A stretch of DNA of 26,105 bases from an uncultured Candidatus Saccharibacteria bacterium. Lineage in GTDB: Bacteria; Patescibacteriota; Minisyncoccia; Minisyncoccales; CAYTKG01. The translations under genes were made by a program, and so were the position numbers. The stretch is from positions 1-26,105 of the forward strand of contig CAZIIL010000001.1 of the NCBI GenBank assembly GCA_964539465.1, read 5' to 3'. The notes under the pieces are model-generated. The model ran no database searches. It was not told the origin of the DNA and saw only the letters and a program-made list of their open reading frames with translations. How positions within the stretch are numbered: the first letter of the stretch is position 1; each line of letters starts with the position of its first letter. Below are positions 23,522 to 26,105 of this stretch, in pieces.

Positions 23522-26032
23522 ATGAAATACAATCCAAGAGAAATTGAAGAGAAATGGCAAAAAATATGGGAAGAAAGGCCCGGATTTAAGGCAGATGATT
23601 TTTCTAAAAAAGAAAAGTTCTATGCCCTAGTTGAGTTTCCCTATCCTTCTGGCTTGGGCCTTCATGTTGGCCACGCTTTTACTTTCAATATGATGGACAT
23701 CTTTGCTAGGAAGAAAAGAATGGAAGGCAAGAATGTGTTATACCCTATGGGCTGGGATGCCTTTGGCCTGCCTACAGAGAATTATGCTGTTAAAACAGGG
23801 ATACATCCTGCTAGGGCGACCAGGAATAATACTGATACCTTTAGGAATCAGATGAAGTATTTGGGCTTTGCCTATAACTGGGATAGAGAGATTAACACAA
23901 CAAGCTCAAGCTATTATAAGTGGACACAATGGATATTCCAGCAGCTCTTTAAATATGGTTTAGCATACAAGAAAGAGATGGATATTAATTGGTGTCCCTC
24001 CTGCCGTATTGGCTTAGCCAACGAAGAGGTTGTAAATGGAAATTGCGAGAGGTGTGGAGCTAAGGTAAGCAAAAGAAAACTCTCTCAGTGGCTCTTGAGA
24101 ATTACTGCTTATGCCGATAGATTGACTGATGAGTTGGATATGGTTGACTTTCCGGAATCAGTGGTTGCTTCTCAAAGGAATTGGATAGGCCGTTCTACCG
24201 GGATGACAATAGATTTTCCCCTATCAGGCAGCCAAGAAAAGATTTCTGTTTTTACTACGCGGTCTGATACTCTATTTGGGGTAAGCTTCTTTGTCTTGGC
24301 GCCAGAACATCCGTTAGCCATAAAAATTACCACGCAGGAGAATAAGAAAGCGGTCGAGGAATATATCCAAGAGGCAAAGAATAAGATGGAGTTTGAAAGG
24401 ATTGCCGAGGTTAAAGAAAAAACAGGCGTGTTCACGGGTAGTTATGTCAAAAACCCTTTGAGCAAAGAAGACATTCCTGTTTATGTAGCCGATTTTGTTG
24501 TTATTAGTTATGGCACCGGGGCAGTAATGGGTGTTCCGGCGCATGACCAAAGGGATTGGGAGTTTGCCAAAGCCCATAATATAAAAATCAAAGAGGTCAT
24601 TGCGGGAGGCAATATAGGAAAAGAAGCATATACGGGCGCTGGACTGCTTATTAATTCGGGCAAATATAATGGCTTGCCATTCCAGGAAGCGAAAGAAAAA
24701 ATTTATCAGGACTTAAAAGAAATGGGCTTAGCCAAGAAAGAAACCCAGTATCATATCAGGGACTGGATATTCTCCCGCCAGCATTATTGGGGAGAACCCA
24801 TACCAATGGTTTATTGTCCTGCTTGTGCAGAGAAGGGTATTGCGTGGTGGCAGACAGAAGATGGCAAGATTTTTCTTGGAAAACACGGCAAAGAGCCATT
24901 GGTTTCCAATATCAAAAAGAATTCGCAGGGCTTAGCGGGTTGGTTTCCTATTTCAGAAAAAGAATTGCCTCTTAAATTGCCTGATGTTGAAAAGTACGAG
25001 CCGACAGGTACTGGAGAGTCGCCATTGACTGCTATCAAGAGCTGGACAGTAGTCAAATGTCCTTTCTGCGGCGGCGAGGCAAAACGAGAAACCGATACTA
25101 TGCCCAACTGGGCTGGCTCTTCCTGGTATTATCTGAGATATTGCGACCCAAGCAATCCAAGTGGCTTGGCTGATAGAAATAAATTAGATTATTGGCTGCC
25201 GGTTGATATTTATTTGGGTGGGGCAGAACATACCACGCTCCATTTGCTATATTCTCGATTCTGGCATAAGTTTTTAGATGATATTGGTCTTGTTCCCAAT
25301 AAAGAACCATACCAAAAAAGACGTGTCCATGGGGTAATTTTGGGAGAGGATGGCTCCCGGATGTCTAAATCAAAAGAAAATGTGATTAACCCTGAAGCAA
25401 TGGCTCAAGAGTTCGGCGTTGACGCGCTTAGGACATATTTGGCTTTTATTGGTCCGTATAACGGGGTTTTCCCCTGGAGCACAGATGGCATTAAGGGAAC
25501 AAGAAAATTTTTAGATAGATTTTTTGATTTTGCTCAAAACCAAATTCAAAAGAAAAGTGATAAAACCGAAGAAAAGATTAAGATTTTGCTTAATCGATTG
25601 ATTTTCGAGGTTGGGCGGGATATTGATAATTTCAAATTTAATACCGGGGTGGCAAAATTGATGAAATTCTTGAATCAAGCAAAAAATAAGGAGCTCTCTT
25701 CAGATGACCTAAAAAACCTTTTGCTAATTTTATCTCCTTTTGCTCCTTTTGTAACCGAAGAACTTTGGCAGAAAATGGGAGGCAATGGCTCTATCCATCA
25801 ACAACCATGGCCTGATTACGATGTCGCCCTAATCAAGAGCCAGGAGGTAACATTCATTATCCAAATCAATGGCAGAATAAGGGACAAGATAATAGTAAAA
25901 TCCGGCATAACAGAACATGAAGCGAAAGAATTATCTATGGGATTAAAGAAGATTAAGAAATGGATTAAGGGAAAAGAGATCAAGAAAACATTTTTTGTGC
26001 CAGACAGATTGATTAATATCACTATTGAGTAA
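23522..26032 (+). CDS. leuS: Leucine--tRNA ligase
   Basis: FPYPSGLGLHVGH, MGWDAFGLP.EN, QRNWIGRS, VFTTRSDT, SRQHYWGEPIP, RETDTMP, GGAEH..LHLLYSRF, RMSKSK. Confidence 0.98.
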   Translation: MKYNPREIEEKWQKIWEERPGFKADDFSKKEKFYALVEFPYPSGLGLHVGHAFTFNMMDIFARKKRMEGKNVLYPMGWDAFGLPTENYAVKTGIHPARATRNNTDTFRNQMKYLGFAYNWDREINTTSSSYYKWTQWIFQQLFKYGLAYKKEMDINWCPSCRIGLANEEVVNGNCERCGAKVSKRKLSQWLLRITAYADRLTDELDMVDFPESVVASQRNWIGRSTGMTIDFPLSGSQEKISVFTTRSDTLFGVSFFVLAPEHPLAIKITTQENKKAVEEYIQEAKNKMEFERIAEVKEKTGVFTGSYVKNPLSKEDIPVYVADFVVISYGTGAVMGVPAHDQRDWEFAKAHNIKIKEVIAGGNIGKEAYTGAGLLINSGKYNGLPFQEAKEKIYQDLKEMGLAKKETQYHIRDWIFSRQHYWGEPIPMVYCPACAEKGIAWWQTEDGKIFLGKHGKEPLVSNIKKNSQGLAGWFPISEKELPLKLPDVEKYEPTGTGESPLTAIKSWTVVKCPFCGGEAKRETDTMPNWAGSSWYYLRYCDPSNPSGLADRNKLDYWLPVDIYLGGAEHTTLHLLYSRFWHKFLDDIGLVPNKEPYQKRRVHGVILGEDGSRMSKSKENVINPEAMAQEFGVDALRTYLAFIGPYNGVFPWSTDGIKGTRKFLDRFFDFAQNQIQKKSDKTEEKIKILLNRLIFEVGRDIDNFKFNTGVAKLMKFLNQAKNKELSSDDLKNLLLILSPFAPFVTEELWQKMGGNGSIHQQPWPDYDVALIKSQEVTFIIQINGRIRDKIIVKSGITEHEAKELSMGLKKIKKWIKGKEIKKTFFVPDRLINITIE

Positions 26033-26036
26033 AAAA

Positions 26037-26105
26037 TGGAAAACATTTTAGAAAAATCAGGAAAGAAAGTAGTACTTCTGGGCAATGAAGCCATTGTCAG
26101 GGGTG
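26037..26105 (+). CDS. iorA: N-terminus (3'-truncated) of an indolepyruvate:ferredoxin oxidoreductase alpha-like subunit
   Basis: MENILEKSGKKVVLLGNEAIVRG matches the IorA N-terminal LLGNEAIARG motif; only 23 codons visible. Confidence 0.55.

Noticed and set aside
786-26094. Numerous antisense or alternate-frame ORFs inside the major genes
   Set aside because: Shadow ORFs of well-supported genes with no recognisable motifs.

Overview
AT-rich bacterial chromosome segment in the standard code (TGA used as stop). Gene style suggests Patescibacteria/CPR, probably Parcubacteria (inference from the HQLRTP-type kinase, N-terminally short MurE, stand-alone PolA 5'-3' exonuclease and SD-less genes). 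It carries mostly housekeeping genes: polA 5'-3' exonuclease, holA, rpsT, ruvA, a murE-like ligase, archease, rtcB with a 505-aa LAGLIDADG intein, a NIF3-like gene, elp3, a Trm9-like methyltransferase, tRNA-Arg(CCG), metG, leuS and the start of iorA. Five layers stand out: (1) a modular palindromic repeat family (ATAGGACnn 9-mer arrays plus interchangeable hairpins) at many gene junctions, also inserted in frame twice in the PolA exonuclease; (2) a six-gene signalling locus (PocR, membrane coiled-coil, H-NOX/V4R-like, PAS-PAS kinase, two lone receivers) with no output domain; (3) a back-to-back Elp3/Trm9-like pair suggesting a eukaryote-like mcm5U34 pathway near RtcB-archease; (4) a promoter- and terminator-bounded, ORF-less structured RNA candidate; (5) two secreted-protein cassettes sharing a duplicated promoter, one encoding a LapG/BTLCP-like cysteine protease. 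All calls are from reading motifs by eye; no database searches were run.
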